Shown here piece after piece: positions 1 to 12,719 of a DNA stretch of 64,000 nt. The DNA is from Ginglymostoma cirratum (Eukaryota), in NCBI GenBank assembly GCA_024137785.1, contig JAHRHZ010000041.1, positions 5,469,052 through 5,533,051 on the forward strand, given 5' to 3'. Made by a program: the position numbers and the translations under genes. Each line of letters begins with the position of its first letter. The stretch's first letter is position 1. A model generated the notes under the pieces. The model was not told where the DNA came from and did not search any database. It saw only the letters and a list, made by a program, of their open reading frames with translations.

Positions 1-225
1 TCTTACTGACTGAACTACAGTTGAATATTACTTTTTAATCAATATCAGAGCCACGACGATAAAATCATAGGCACAAACTAGTGTGTGGTGCGAGGTATAT
101 TGGAGCATGTTACAGTTAATCAGCTAGTTCGTCTTCTCATCCTACAAACTGATAGCTGCAAACTTTTGCTTTAAGATGCATTTTTAAAAATAATATAATG
201 TTCCGCATATTTGCATCTTACTTAC

Positions 226-355
226 TTCTTCTTTCCGACTCGCTTAATTATAAACATTACAAGCTTTTTAATAATAAATATTAGAATGATGAATCCTATC
301 AACCCTCCGATTACAGACAGGATGATCACTGTCACTGTGTTGTCCACTTCTATCA
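226..355 (-). CDS. SCN4B: Sodium channel beta-4 subunit, exon 4 (transmembrane helix and juxtamembrane blocking peptide); final exon lies outside the window
   Basis: Not in the ORF track. Acceptor ctttgtattacAG and donor AA|GTAAGT, 130 nt. Translates (L)IEVDNTVTVIILSVIGGLIGFIILIFIIKKLVMFIIKRVGKKK, matching beta4 EEVDNTVTLIILAVVGGVIGLLILILLIKKL. Confidence 0.95.
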
Positions 356-733
356 CTGTAATACAAAGGGAAAGTTTTTCAAATTAGTACAATGAAAATC
401 ACCAGTTAGACTCATCACAAAAGAACTAATATAGAGTGGGATACAGCAAGTACACATGAGGGAACAATGGGGTACAAGCAGAAATATAGAGATACGCACA
501 CGGATATAGAGAAACAGGTGAACAGTGGATATACAAAAAGAAGGGTTATCAACAGATAGCGGAAATATTATTCCTCAACATCTGGTTTTATCAAAGTTAA
601 AAAAGCAAAAATCTGAAACAGAAACCCAATTTTTGTTTCAGCAGAGGTAGGACAGCCAATCCATTTGCAGGAGGCAGGCTGGTTGTTCACGTATTTTCAC
701 AAGGCTGTGTGCGTTCACTTTGAATATTTTTCG

Positions 734-969
734 TGAAATAACTCCCCAAAGGCCAGTATCCTGTCACCCAGTCACATTTTATTTACACGTGGAGAGTTCT
801 TGATACTGATCCAGCTAGCTCAGAGCAGGTTCCTATAAACAGGAGTGTCAAAGGTTCTGTTCATTATATGTGTTAGTCAGGGCTCCCTGATTGGACCAGA
901 TTAACAGCCCCAAACAGGGAACTCATATTCTATGAGGCCGGCCTGGCTGACCTTGTTACAATCACTACA
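734..969 (-). mobile_element. Solo LTR, same family as 13288-13530
   Basis: Reverse complement begins tgtagtgattgtaac and ends ggagttatttca. Confidence 0.7.
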
Positions 970-1489
970 ATTCCATTTTTAACAACAGTTTGCCAAGCTT
1001 CAGGTAACTCAGCAGGTGAAAAGAGAAGAGCCATGTAAATGAGTTAAGGGACAACCCACTCTAGACACGGTGGTAGTGTCCCTACCCCGGGACCAGGAGG
1101 CCCAGGTTCAAGTCTCACTTGCGCCGTAAAATCTCTGAACAGGTTGATTAGAAAAAGATAGGATAAACTAGTTAAGTGGCCTTAAAGCACTGCTCGTGGG
1201 TCAGAAGGAACAGCAATCCTTCGACCAGGTTGAGAAAGTAGTAGTGAATCATGTCTTCATGATTCTGATCTGTCTGTTTATCCTTTCATGACTCCCTGGC
1301 AACTGGACCCCACTTGCCAACAGACCCGTCACTCACGCCCTCTCACTGATTGGACCTACTTGCTCTAAGGTCAGCTCCAGCCTTGTGCTGTCTGTCTTCC
1401 TATCTGATAGGCAGGGGGAAACCTGTAAGTCTCAGCTTCCCATTTCTACTCCATTCCACACTTTGAAGATCCCCAAGGATAAGTTTGAG

Positions 1490-1602
1490 GACAGGAAAAG
1501 AGAGGGATAAGACACACAAAGGAGAGGATAGAGTGACACAAGAGGACAGAGAGACATAGGGAATAGAAATATAAATGGAGACAAAGATAAGCAAGGGGAT
1601 AA

Positions 1603-1643
<41 letters not shown>

Positions 1644-1780
1644 CTGATGGGTTTAGAGATATAGAGAAGGAGGTGGAAATACACCAGCAGGAATAGAGAA
1701 GCACACAAAGACAATTAAAGACACAGGTGTATAAAGAGACAAGAATGAACAGAGGCACACAGGCGAATAGAGAGATTTGG
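1490..1780. repeat. GA-rich low-complexity tract with (GA)n core at ~1602-1639
   Basis: Direct inspection. Confidence 0.8.
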
Positions 1781-2774
1781 ACTTTGGGATATTGTGGCTA
1801 TGCAGTGGGAAACAAAATTTTCACAAGTAACCTGTATCTCTAAATTAATCCCTATTTGTAAATGTGTAAAATTGTTAGATCTAATCAAAGCCTCTCGATA
1901 AAGTGGTATTTTAGAAATGTCACTCTGTATAAAATAGCTTAGCACTGACAGACCTCACCATTTGTTTCTGAACACAGTTTAATGAGATAGTTAAGAAGCA
2001 TAAACCAGAAATGGACAGAAGTATTTATGCGTAGATGTTTTGGTGGGGGGGGGTGTTAGTTTTTTGGATGGTTCAGATGGAGTCCAGTTAATCGTTCACA
2101 TATGAATATAAATGATCCAGAAGTGGCTGCGTGAGGCAAACAGAATTTCATCCCATTGCATATTTACATAGATGTTTGGACCAAGGAGCCCCAGTGCAAT
2201 TAGTCACAGCAGGAAGAATTACAGCTTGAAGTGTCACATGTTAAAACACAGGAGGGAGGAGCCCAAGGAGATCAAGTGGAACATTAAGGTTAATGAGCAG
2301 CTGAGTAAATTCTCGGGGAGGTCACTGAGGGAGTTAAACTATGAAGGTCCATTGTTTCAGATATTGGATGCCATTACAATCTCCTGCTATGATAAAGTGT
2401 GGGTTGAGCATAAAGCTACAAAATTATGGTGCTGATTCTCTATTTGCATCCCAAGTTTTCTCGTAAGCACCAGAAACTCCGTGGTGTGTCTCAGGAGAAG
2501 GAACGGAATGAGAGGAATTGCATAGAGATTTAAAGCTCAAAAACAAGCAATTCAATCCACGGTACAGCCTCCTCCCACACTGCTTCAACTTCCTGGTCAT
2601 CGTAACCTTCTGCCCATTTTGATCACCCACTTACTCATCTGGCTTCCTAACAAGTGTATCATATTGACCAACTGGTGGTGAGCTCCACTCCCTGGGAAAA
2701 GAGGTTTCTCTGGAAATCGCCTCAGAGCTAATGGTGACCTTCAAATTTATAAGCCACCAACACTGTGAAGGACT

Positions 2775-2970
2775 TTCTCTAGCTCAGTTGGCTGGATGCA
2801 TGGATTATGATGCAGGTTGATACCAACAATGTGCGTTCAATGCCCACATTGGCTGAGGTTATCCTGCCTTCTCAACCTTGCCCCTGGCCTGAGGTGTAGT
2901 GACCCTCCGGTTAAACCACCGCCAATTGTCTCTCTCTAATGAGAAAGTGGGGCTATGGTGACTTTATAAC
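2775..2970 (+). mobile_element. Short tRNA-derived SINE family C (other copies ~8830-8990 -, 23430-23600 -, 35815-36020 -, 54860-55060 +)
   Basis: Head tagctcagttggctgg...ggttcaattccc and body ggttaaaccaccaccag...ctctctaatgagag recur in all copies. Confidence 0.7.
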
Positions 2971-3105
2971 TATGCTTGACGCAAGGACAAATGAGCAAGT
3001 GTGGTTATTGCCAAGCATCCATTCTGGCAGCTCCAACTAGCCAGAAATTTAAAATTGTAAATCTTGCATTGCAAAGTATCACGAGAGAAAAAACAGAACA
3101 CTCAC

Positions 3106-3325
3106 GTTCACTGACAACGCTCAGTTTAAGAGACGCATTAGCCTCTTGATTCATTTCCTGTGGGTTTTTGAAGTAACAAGTATAAAATCCATTGTCCTCA
3201 AAATCCACGTCTGCAAGCAAAAGGGAAATATTCTTCTCTTTAATATTCCCAATAAATGTAACTCTGTCATACTCCTCAGATGGAAAGATTTGGGGTCTCT
3301 TATCTTTCAGTTTAATATGAATAAT
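3106..3325 (-). CDS. SCN4B: Sodium channel beta-4 subunit, exon 3 (C-terminal half of Ig-V domain)
   Basis: Acceptor ttttacttgcacAG and donor C|GTGAGT. Translates IIHIKLKDKRPQIFPSEEYDRVTFIGNIKEKNISLLLADVDFEDNGFYTCYFKNPQEMNQEANASLKLSVVSE, with the DxGxYxC motif and the KNPxE motif of beta4. Confidence 0.95.
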
Positions 3326-3674
3326 CTGTGCAAGTAAAAAAAAAAATCAGAATTAGAAAAAAATTTTTGAGCGAAGAATGTTTTATTTCCAACCATTCAC
3401 CTGCCACCACACCCAATCCTAATGACTAAAGTTGTTTGCAAACTCAGGATTTCCCAAAGCATTTTGAAGCCAATTAAATGTGCTTCTGAACTTGTAATCG
3501 CTGCTGTTACGTCAGAAATACAGCAACCAATGTGTTCACAGCAAGCTCCACTAATCAGCAAGGTGGTAACAACGAGATAACATGCTTTGGTGATGTTTGT
3601 TGAGATTTGGCCATAGGACATCAGAAATAACTCCCATTTTACTTTGGTGTAACATCTCACATCACAGCAATGAT

Positions 3675-3988
3675 GGGGTGGTGCAGTGGTTAGCCAGGGA
3701 CGTGGGTTTGATTCCACCCTTGGGTGACTGTCTTCGTGTTGCCTGTTCTCCCTGGGTCTGCATGGATTTCCTCCAGGTGCTCCAGTTTCCTCCCACAGTC
3801 CAAAGATATGCAGGTTAGGTTGATTGGCCAAGCTAAATTGTCTGTAGTGTGCAGGTCAGGTGGGTTAGCCATGGGAAATGCAGGGTTACGGGGAAGGGGT
3901 GGGTCCGCGTGGGATGTTCTTTGGAGGGTACGTGTACATTCAATGGGCTGAATGGCCTGCTTCCACACTGTAAGGATTCTATTCTATG
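3675..3988 (+). mobile_element. HE1-type V-SINE
   Basis: tRNA-like head, V-domain (ggtttcctccaggtgctccagtttcctcccacagtccaaagatgtgcag) and CR1-like tail. Confidence 0.85.
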
Positions 3989-5071
3989 TGGAAATTCCCT
4001 GTTTTTCTCTGCTTTTTCTGTTAAAGGCTTTGGATTGCACTTGAGAGGGCTGTGGGCAGAAAAGGCCACACTCACTACCCACACAATTCACAGGATGAAG
4101 TGTGGTGGGGTGTTTTCCTTCTGCATCTAATAATTTAAGCCCTTATCACTTTTTCACATTCATGCCTCTCCATGGTACGCCCTTGTTGAGGTGCCCTCAT
4201 GGTTATTAACCTGCCTCAGCAATGCCTAACTCTCTCTGAGGTGCACTTGAGACTATGCAACTGGTGCAACTCTCATTGAGCTGGTGGCACTGAAAGCCCA
4301 TAAACACGAAGGCAACCACAGAGGCACTCAATAAGGAAGTCTACCCCCCAGGGAGTCAGTTTTGGTGCAGGTTAAGGACAGGCTTGAAGGTCTCCGTTCG
4401 ACAACCCGCCACACCTCCACCTGGCAGAGGAAAACATGAGAGAACATTTCTGACCTGGGAAAATCCTGGTCTTTGTTGTCCTTTCCCCAAGGACAACTCC
4501 TCAGTGAAGGGGCAACCTCACTCAGTGACACTCATGAGGCTATTTGACTGCTGAGGTAAAGATAATCTAGTCCCTACCCAACATCCATCAAAGGCACTGA
4601 AGGAGTGGGGAGGAGTAAAAGGGAAGGTGAGATCTTCAGTGAATTTTGAAGAGATTGTCAGAAGCAATGGCTTTGTATTAAAAAAGAACAAACTGATTTT
4701 CACATGTTCAAATAAAAATAAGCAGGGTTAACCAGATTGTTAACCAAATTGTAGAGAGAACGTTCAACATTCTCTGAGCTTTTAAAAACAAATTTACTGT
4801 AATGTGGTTACAATGCCATTAAATAAAATTGCTTCTAAATTAAAACCAATCCTTTCAGGAGTGATGTTATGAAATACCTCTTCAAACTATGAAGTTCAGA
4901 ATTTTATTTCCACAAATGGCAACTGATGCTTGATGAATTGCTAATTTTGACTATGAGATTGATAAATCTTTAGCTGAATTATTGAGGAAGTTAGGGGAAA
5001 GGCAAATATATGGAATTATGTCACAGAGAAGCCCTAATCCCACTGACCGATGCAACAAGCTCGGAGAGCTA

Positions 5072-5306
5072 GAACAGAAGTTGCTGGAAAAGCTCAGCAG
5101 GTCTGGCAGCAACTATGAAGAAAAAAATCGGAGTTAATGTTTCGAGTCCGGTGACCCTCCCTCAAAACTAAGGGAGGGTCACCAGACCCAAAACGTTAAC
5201 TCTGATTTTTTCTTCACAGGTGCTGCCAGGCCTGCTGAGCTTTTCCAGCAACTTCTGTTTTTGTTCCTGATTTACAGCATCCGCAGTTCTTTCAGTTTTT
5301 ATCATT
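5072..5306. mobile_element. Hairpin mini-element of inverted Penelope-like termini (second subfamily) in SCN4B intron 2
   Basis: ~90-bp inverted arms (~5073-5162 / 5171-5260) with an 8-nt loop and a one-sided tail. TSD ctcggagagcta 5060-5071 / ctcagagagcta 5307-5318. Confidence 0.8.
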
Positions 5307-6530
5307 CTCAGAGAGCTAAGTGGCTTCCTCCTATCTTTGACTAGATTTATTTCTCTAATATTGATTTTTGTTTCAACTGAACTTGCTTATGTCAATTCAG
5401 ATCTAAGCCTGTTGGAGAAACAGAAAAGACACAGTTTTCTTGTGGATAAAGTTTACTGACTACTCAGTCACATAACTCATGCCACACCCAGTACTCCCTG
5501 TTCTTATCCTTTTTAATTATGTTGTCACTTAATTAATCAATTAACCACAGCCAGCACCTTCACTCTTGCGAGAAAGGCACACAAAATACAATTAGTCAGT
5601 GCATAGGCATCAATGGGATAGAGTGTGCAGTGGGCTCTGAATTAGCTAGCAACTGAGATAAATCTCACCTCCCTATCTCCACCAAGTTCAATCCCTCCTA
5701 ATCACTTCCAAAACTGGCAAATGTGCTTTCCTCATGTTGTTTATTGTATTGAGGAACCAATATTGTATAAAATAAAATCATTATTTTATTGTATAAAAGG
5801 CCCAGGATCACGTAGGCCAGGGAACAAGTACCTAAGGTGGAATGGGGTCAGTCATAAGGGTGGTAATAACACAAGCCAACCCCAGGCTTGAATTTCACCA
5901 CAGCAGATGAAGAAATTTGGATTCAATAAAATCTGGAATAAATAGTTAGCTTAATGGTGATGATGTAACCATTATTGTAAAAGCCCTTCTGGTTGACCAT
6001 TGGCCTTGAGGGAAGAAAATTTGCCACACTGACCTACAATGTGACTCCATACCCATAGCAATGTAGTTGACTCTTAACTGCCCTCTAGGCAATTGGGGAT
6101 GGAAAATAACTGCTGGCTTAGCAAGCAATGCCCAAATCCCATAAATGATCTTTTCTTTAATAAGAGGTAGAGGAGTGAAATGAGTCAGAAGTAAAGACTC
6201 AGTAACACCAAGCAGCAGATTTAAGAAAGGGAGATGTGGGAGGCAGTAAGGAGATCCATAAAACACGTTTGAGGAGTGGTCTTGATTTGAATACAGTGAG
6301 GATGTGGAGGGTAGGAGAGCAGGGTAGGAGCAGGAGTCCAAAAGGCAGGCTTGCAAATGAGATATGTGACACAAAGTTTGTTCATGCAGTCTCAACATGA
6401 GACTGAGGATATTGCTAAGAGCATCACCTCCAAGAAATACCCACTAGAATTTGAGGGTGGAGGCACATTTCTTGGTGGAGAACGGGAGTTGCTGGGGAGT
6501 GAAAAGGGAACACGAATTTGCATGGCTCAC

Positions 6531-6709
6531 TTTCGTTTCTTCACTTGTTTTGTTTTTCCGGAATGTCCACCAGAAGTCGGAGTTTTTGAAGTCCATGCAA
6601 CTAGAGAAGGTACAGGGCAACTCGACATCAGAACCATTCAGTGCCACAATCGTTGGCAACTTTCCAATGTGAACTTCTATAGCTTCATTATTTTGAAATA
6701 CAACAAAAC
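6531..6709 (-). CDS. SCN4B: Sodium channel beta-4 subunit, exon 2 (N-terminal half of Ig-V domain)
   Basis: Acceptor tttctcggcAG and donor AAA|GTGAGC. Translates (G)FVVFQNNEAIEVHIGKLPTIVALNGSDVELPCTFSSCMDFKNSDFWWTFRKNKTSEETK, matching beta4 LEVSVGK...NGTEILLPCTFSSC. Confidence 0.95.
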
Positions 6710-8994
6710 CTGCCGAGAAAGATAGTAGGTTAAAAAAAATACATGATCCTTCATTAAGAGTTCAGATTTCTCTCGCTCCCTATATTCTCGCTGCTATCTA
6801 AAGGGGTCCATGCCTTCACTGGGGGTTCCACAGCAGCCAGACTGGTGGTTGTCCCAATCTTACCATTCCTCACAGGCATGCTCAGTGTCTGTTAGGAGGA
6901 CTCATGGAAATTGCAGAAATTGAGGAGAATGGGATCATCCATCCGAGGCAAATCACTGACTTCCAGATGTATCCAAACTGTAAAATCAGGGGATCTCTTC
7001 AACACCGTGACAAATGGCAATCCACAATGACTTTATTTGGCCTGCAGTATATTTACCCAACTACATATTGTGACAATAGGTTTTGGATCTTCATTTATGT
7101 CCATGTTACCCGGAAGACATAGCTATTCTATTATTCTACTGGCCAGCCTCAGATGTTGGTAAACTCATGATTGTCCAAAGCTGTTATTCCATAATTCACA
7201 CTAATTCCCAACCAATCATCACCCGTACACTAACCGATAAACAATAGGTCCCAGTCCTGCCATGGCTCACTTCTCCCTGTCTCTGGAATCTTCTCCAACC
7301 CAAAAACCCTCTGATATCTGTTCCTGTGTGTTCAGGGTAAGGATTACTCGCTATATAACTGTACAGGGTTCCTGTGTATTCAGGGATAAGGGTTACCAGT
7401 GTGTAACTGTATGCTCACTAGCTATCAAAAGCAAAGTCACACCCACATTGCTAAAGAAGCTTTAAATGATCAAATGTGCTTCACAGCTAATTTGGTGCAT
7501 TTGAAATGTGATTATTGTTGTAATGTAGAAAATGGAGAGATCTACTTGCACACAGTAAGTTCACATAAGCAGTGGTGTTTATTGACCAGTTTTACTTACA
7601 TATCTACCTGAAAAAGTAAAGGCTTCAGATCTGATTATTACCTGGAAAGCAGCACTTTTGACAGTGTAGCACTCTCTCACTCCTGTACTGGGAGTATCAA
7701 CCAGGATTTTTGCAGTCAGGTTCTGGAGTGAGATTATGAACCTGCAGCCTTCTGAATTTGAGGCAATAGTGCTACCCACAGAACCACAGTGCACAGCATT
7801 GTCCGCTTGCAAATAAACAGGGTTATTGTTGAGCTCAACTGCTAGCATATTTCTGAAACTGACTTATTTATTTCTGAGGATCAGACTGGACTTGGATTTG
7901 TTTGCATATACCCCATGCTCATTTATAGCATAGGGATCTGAAGGAGTCCTGATCGAGGGTATAAAACAGAAAAGCGTTTGATGATTTGACTCTCATTTCA
8001 CCCCCATGTGTTACATTTGCCTAAACTGAAAACATGGATTACTAGACAGTCCACAAAAAAGTTCCTAATGGCATTAGATTAAGAGATCAGAGACAAAAGT
8101 GTTGTGAAAATCTGAACCTCTCTCTCCCAAGAAACTGCTGAATTTAGGGGAGAATTTTAAAACTGAGATTGATAGGTCTTTTTAAGTCAATGGTTGCATC
8201 ATCAGGGCAGGTAAATGGATAATGTAATCGATCGGGAATGATCTGACTGAATGCAGGAACAGTTTCTAGGGGCTGAATGGCCTCTTCCTGTATTTTATGT
8301 TCCTCGGTAGAAGTAAAAATACCAGTTGTCAGTCCCTGATCATCTGAGAATAGCACCCCCCCCCCACATCTGCCCATGAGTGGTTTATAGGTCAGTCTCA
8401 CCTTTATTCATTTTTTTAGATTTCTGTCAGCTCCAACAATAAATTCACTGCCATTATGCCCATGGAAATTGCTGACAAAGCCAAAATTCCCACATTTCTC
8501 TTGCTAATTTATTGCTTCCCTGGCAATTGAACCATTTTCACTGAGAGGGTCATGTCTATTGCTATATTTAAGGCATTTCTTACACAGTGAAAGAAAGAAT
8601 GCAATTGCATTTGTCATACAGCAATCCAAAGTGCCTTACTAACAATGAAATACTCTAAAATGTAGTCACTGTTACAATATAGGAAACAGGCAGCCATTTG
8701 TGCACAGAAAGATCCCATAACCCTTACGTGATGATGACCAGATAGCTCTGTGTTTTATTTCATAATATGACTGAGAAATAAGTACTAGCCAAGCATTCAG
8801 GTAAATTCTTTTGCTCTTTTCTTGGAAGGTAAAGGTAAAGGTAAAGTTACCATAGTCCCAGCGGACCTTCAGGCTGCTCTCTCATTAGAGAGAGATAACT
8901 GGTGGTTAGTTTAACCCGATGATCAACGTGACCCAGGTGAGAGGTGAGGTTGAGAAGGCAGGTCCTTCATGGTAGCCTCAAGTAATGCAGGAAT

Positions 8995-11660
8995 GTAATA
9001 ATGTTGTGGGAATGACATGGCCATTCTCATGGGATCATACTTTACAATGTCCCAGAATTCACCGTCACCAGCCATTGGTATGTCCTGTCTCACTGATAGG
9101 ACAGACCCATCAGGAATGCTGGTACAATGGTACACTGTTGGGCAGGAGTTGAGCTGGGAGTCATCAGACTCCATGAAGTCTCATGGTAACAAGGAAACCT
9201 TGTGCTGATTATGACCTACTAACTTCCCTCAGTTGATGAATCAGTTTTCTTTCATGTTGAGCACCACTTGGAGGACAGACTAAGGATAACAAGAGCACAT
9301 AATATATTCTGCGTGGAGGGTTCAGAGTCCATTCCAGAGAGTGAAATGGTCGCACCACAACTGACCAACCCAGCTGAGTTCTAAAGAATATAGCCTCTAG
9401 ACTGGCACAGTGACTTGTGGTATGGGAACCAACACAACAGAAATACCCACTTGACCTTGTCCTCACCAATCTTACCTATGACTGTACCTGTAACAATGAC
9501 TACTGTACAGTCCTTATGAAGACAAAGTCCAGTCTTCACCTTGTCAATACTATCTGTCACGTTGTGTGCATCATTACTGTGCTGAATTATAGAATCCCTA
9601 CAGTGTGTAAACAGGCCCTTCGGCCCAACAAGTCCACACCGACTCTCAGAGCATCCCACCCAGACCCATTCCCCCATAACCCACCTAATCTACACATCCC
9701 TGAATACTACGGGCAATTTAGCACGGCCAATCCACGTAGCCTGCACATCTTTGGACTGTGGGAGGAAACTGGAGCACCTGGAGGAAACCCAAACAGGCAC
9801 AGGGAGAATGTACAAACTCCACACCGTCACCCAAGGGTGGAATCAAACCTGGGTCCCTGGTGCTGTGAAGCAACAGTGCTAACCACTGAGCCACCGTGCC
9901 ACCCTTAAACATCACCCGGATTGCTGGATTAATTATCTAGCAACAATACCACTACGCTGAGAGGGCAAGATTTTGAAAAGATCTAGTAACTCAACACTGT
10001 GCATCCATGAGGCGCTGTAGGTCATCAGCAGTGGAACTATTCTCAACCACAGTCATCAATCTCATGGTCCTGTACATCCATCGCTCTACCACTGCCATCA
10101 AACCAGTGGGTCAAACCTGGCACAATGAAGAGTATAGAAGGGCATGTTCTACAGAACAGCATGAGAGAGCCCTGTAGATTAGTGTGAAAGAAAAGGCTGA
10201 ACCATTTGCAAATGCATTCAACCAGAAATGATGACTGAATGATCCATCTCGGTTTCTTCCTGAGATCCCCAGCAATACAGATGCCAATCTTCAGCCAATT
10301 CAATTCAGCCCATATGATATCGAGGAATGTTTGAAAGCATTGGATATTGCAAAGACCTTGGGCTCTGGCACCATTCCAGGAATAGTACAGGGCACATTTG
10401 GTGCCAGAACTAGCTACATCCTTATTTGAGCTGTTCCAGCACAACTACAACACCAGCATCTAAGCCGATACGTGAAAACTTCCTAGATATGCCTTGGCCA
10501 AAACAAGCAGGCCTAATCCAACCCAGCTAATTAGTCTACTCTTAGTAAACAGCAAATACTATCTAGCGGTCCTTACTTAACAGTAACTATTCACTGAAGA
10601 CTCACTCAGATCCAGTCATCACGACAGTTTTAGTCCAAATGTGGACTAAAGAGCTAAACTCAAGAGAGGACGTATGCCCTTGACATCAAGGTGAAACTGG
10701 AGTCAGTGGGAATTAGGAGAAAAACTCTTTGCTGATTGGAGTCACACTTAGCACAAAGGAAGATGGCTGTGGTTGCTGGTTGTCAATCATCTCAGCCCCA
10801 GAACATCACTCAAGGAGTTCTTCAAGACAGTGGCCTAGACCCAACTATCTTCAGCTGCTTTGTCTCTTTGCCTTCTCTCCTCTATAAGGATATTCACTGA
10901 TGATTGCACAACGTTCAGCACAATTACAATTCCTCAGATCTGAAGTAGCTTATACCTAAATGCAGCAAGACCTGAACAACATCCAGGCTTGAGTTGATGA
11001 GTGACAAATAACATTCACACCACTCAAGAGCCAGGAAACGATCGTCTCCAACAAGAGAAAATCCAATCATTGTCCTTTCATATTTAATGGCTTTACCATC
11101 ACGGTCAACATCCTGAGGGTTTGCAGTGACCAGAAATTGAATTGGACCAGCAATGCAAATCCTGTGGCTATAACAGAATGTCATAGGGTAAGCATTCTAC
11201 TGCAAGTAACTCACCTCCTGTCTTCTCAAAGCCTGTCCACCATCTACAAGAAACGAATCAAGAGTTTAATGGAATATTCCCCACTTGCCTGGATGGGTGC
11301 ACCTCCAACAACAAGAAGATTAACACTGAACAGGGCAAAACAGCTTGCTTGATTGTTCCCCTACTCACAACCTTCAAAAGTCACTCCCACATCCATTGAC
11401 AGAGTGGTAGCCATGAACAACGAGCACAGCAGATACATGGAAACACCATCCCCTGCACATTCCCCTCCAAGCCACTCACCATCCTGACTTGGAAACATAA
11501 TGCTGTTCCTTTACAGTCGCTGGGTCAAAATCCTGGAATTCCATTGTGGGCATATGTATACCCTAAGGACAGCAGCGTTTTATGAAGGTGACAGTGGGGT
11601 AATTAGGGATAGGCAATAAATATCTGGCCAACAACACTCACATCCTCTTAATGAATAAAC
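8995..11660 (+). mobile_element. Degenerate CR1-clade LINE (second family), interrupted by an HE1-type SINE
   Basis: Endonuclease/RT remnants (LDLVLTNL; QGVLQ...PTIFSC). The 3' tail gcaattagggatgggcaataaatgctggcc is shared with the family-B SINEs. Confidence 0.7.
9589..9904 (-). mobile_element. HE1-type V-SINE, full length
   Basis: Head GGGTGGCACGGTGGCTCAGTGGTTAGCACTG (A box), B box GGTTTGATTCC, V-domain and tail. Confidence 0.9.
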
Positions 11661-11954
11661 AAAAGGAAACATTTCTGTCCATCTAAGAGGGCCAGTAGAG
11701 TTTTGAAATATCTCATTGGGAAGACAAACATAATATGGGTAGAGATAATGACGGAGTAAATTTCACTGAATACACAGGTTTGTTGAAGGAGTTATGTACT
11801 AATTATAGAACGATTCAGAACAGAAACTATCCATTTAGATCACTGAGTCCGTGCCAGGTTTTTGAGAGATCTGTCCAGTCAGATGCACTGTTACAATCCC
11901 AGCAGAATTCCAGTGTCACCAAGACGAAGAAAACTGCTGGTCAGGAATTCACTT

Positions 11955-12700
11955 ATAGAGTCATCGAGTTATACAGCACCAAAACAGACCTTTCGGTCCA
12001 ATTCATCCATGCCGACCAATTACCTAAATTAATCTAGTCCCATTTGCCAGCATTTGGCCCACATCCCTCTAAACCCTTCCTATTCGTATACCCATCCAGA
12101 TGCCTTTTAAATGTTGTAATTGTACCAGCCTCCACCAGTTCCTCTGGCAGCTCATTCCATACACGCACCACCCTCTGTGTGAAAAAGTTGCCCCTTACAT
12201 CCCTTTTAAATCCTTCCCCTCTCACCTTAAACTGAGGTCCTCTAGTTTTGGATGCTCCTACCCTGAGAAAAGTCCTTGAGTATTCACCCTATCCCTGCCC
12301 CTCATGATTTTATAAACCTCTATAAGATCATCTCTCAGCCTCTGACACTCCAGGGAAAATAGCCCCAGCCTATTCGGCCTCTCCCTATAGCTCAAACCCT
12401 CCTATCCCAGGAACATCGTAAATCTTTCCTGAATCCTTTCAAGTTTCACAACATCTTTCCTATAGCAGGGAGACCAGAATTGAATACAATATTCCAAAAG
12501 TGCCTCAACCAATGTCCTGTACAGCTGTAGCGTGACATCCTGACTCCTATACTCAATGCACTGATCCATAAAGGCAAGGTTACTAAACACCTTCTTCACT
12601 GCCCTGTCCACCTGCGACTCCACTTTCAAGGAACTATGAACCAACACCCTAAGGTCTCTTTGTTTGGCAAAGCTCCCCAGGGCCCTAACATTATGTGTCA
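11955..12700 (-). mobile_element. CR1/HER1-like LINE 3' fragment
   Basis: Reads RGNFFTQRVVRVWNELPEE and LEYCIQFWSP. Confidence 0.9.
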
Positions 12701-12719
12701 GAATGTTTACTGGAACAAA

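Noticed and set aside
9830-9904. tRNA-like sequence with A and B boxes (also at other SINE heads)
   Set aside because: It is a SINE head continuing into the V-domain body, not a tRNA gene.
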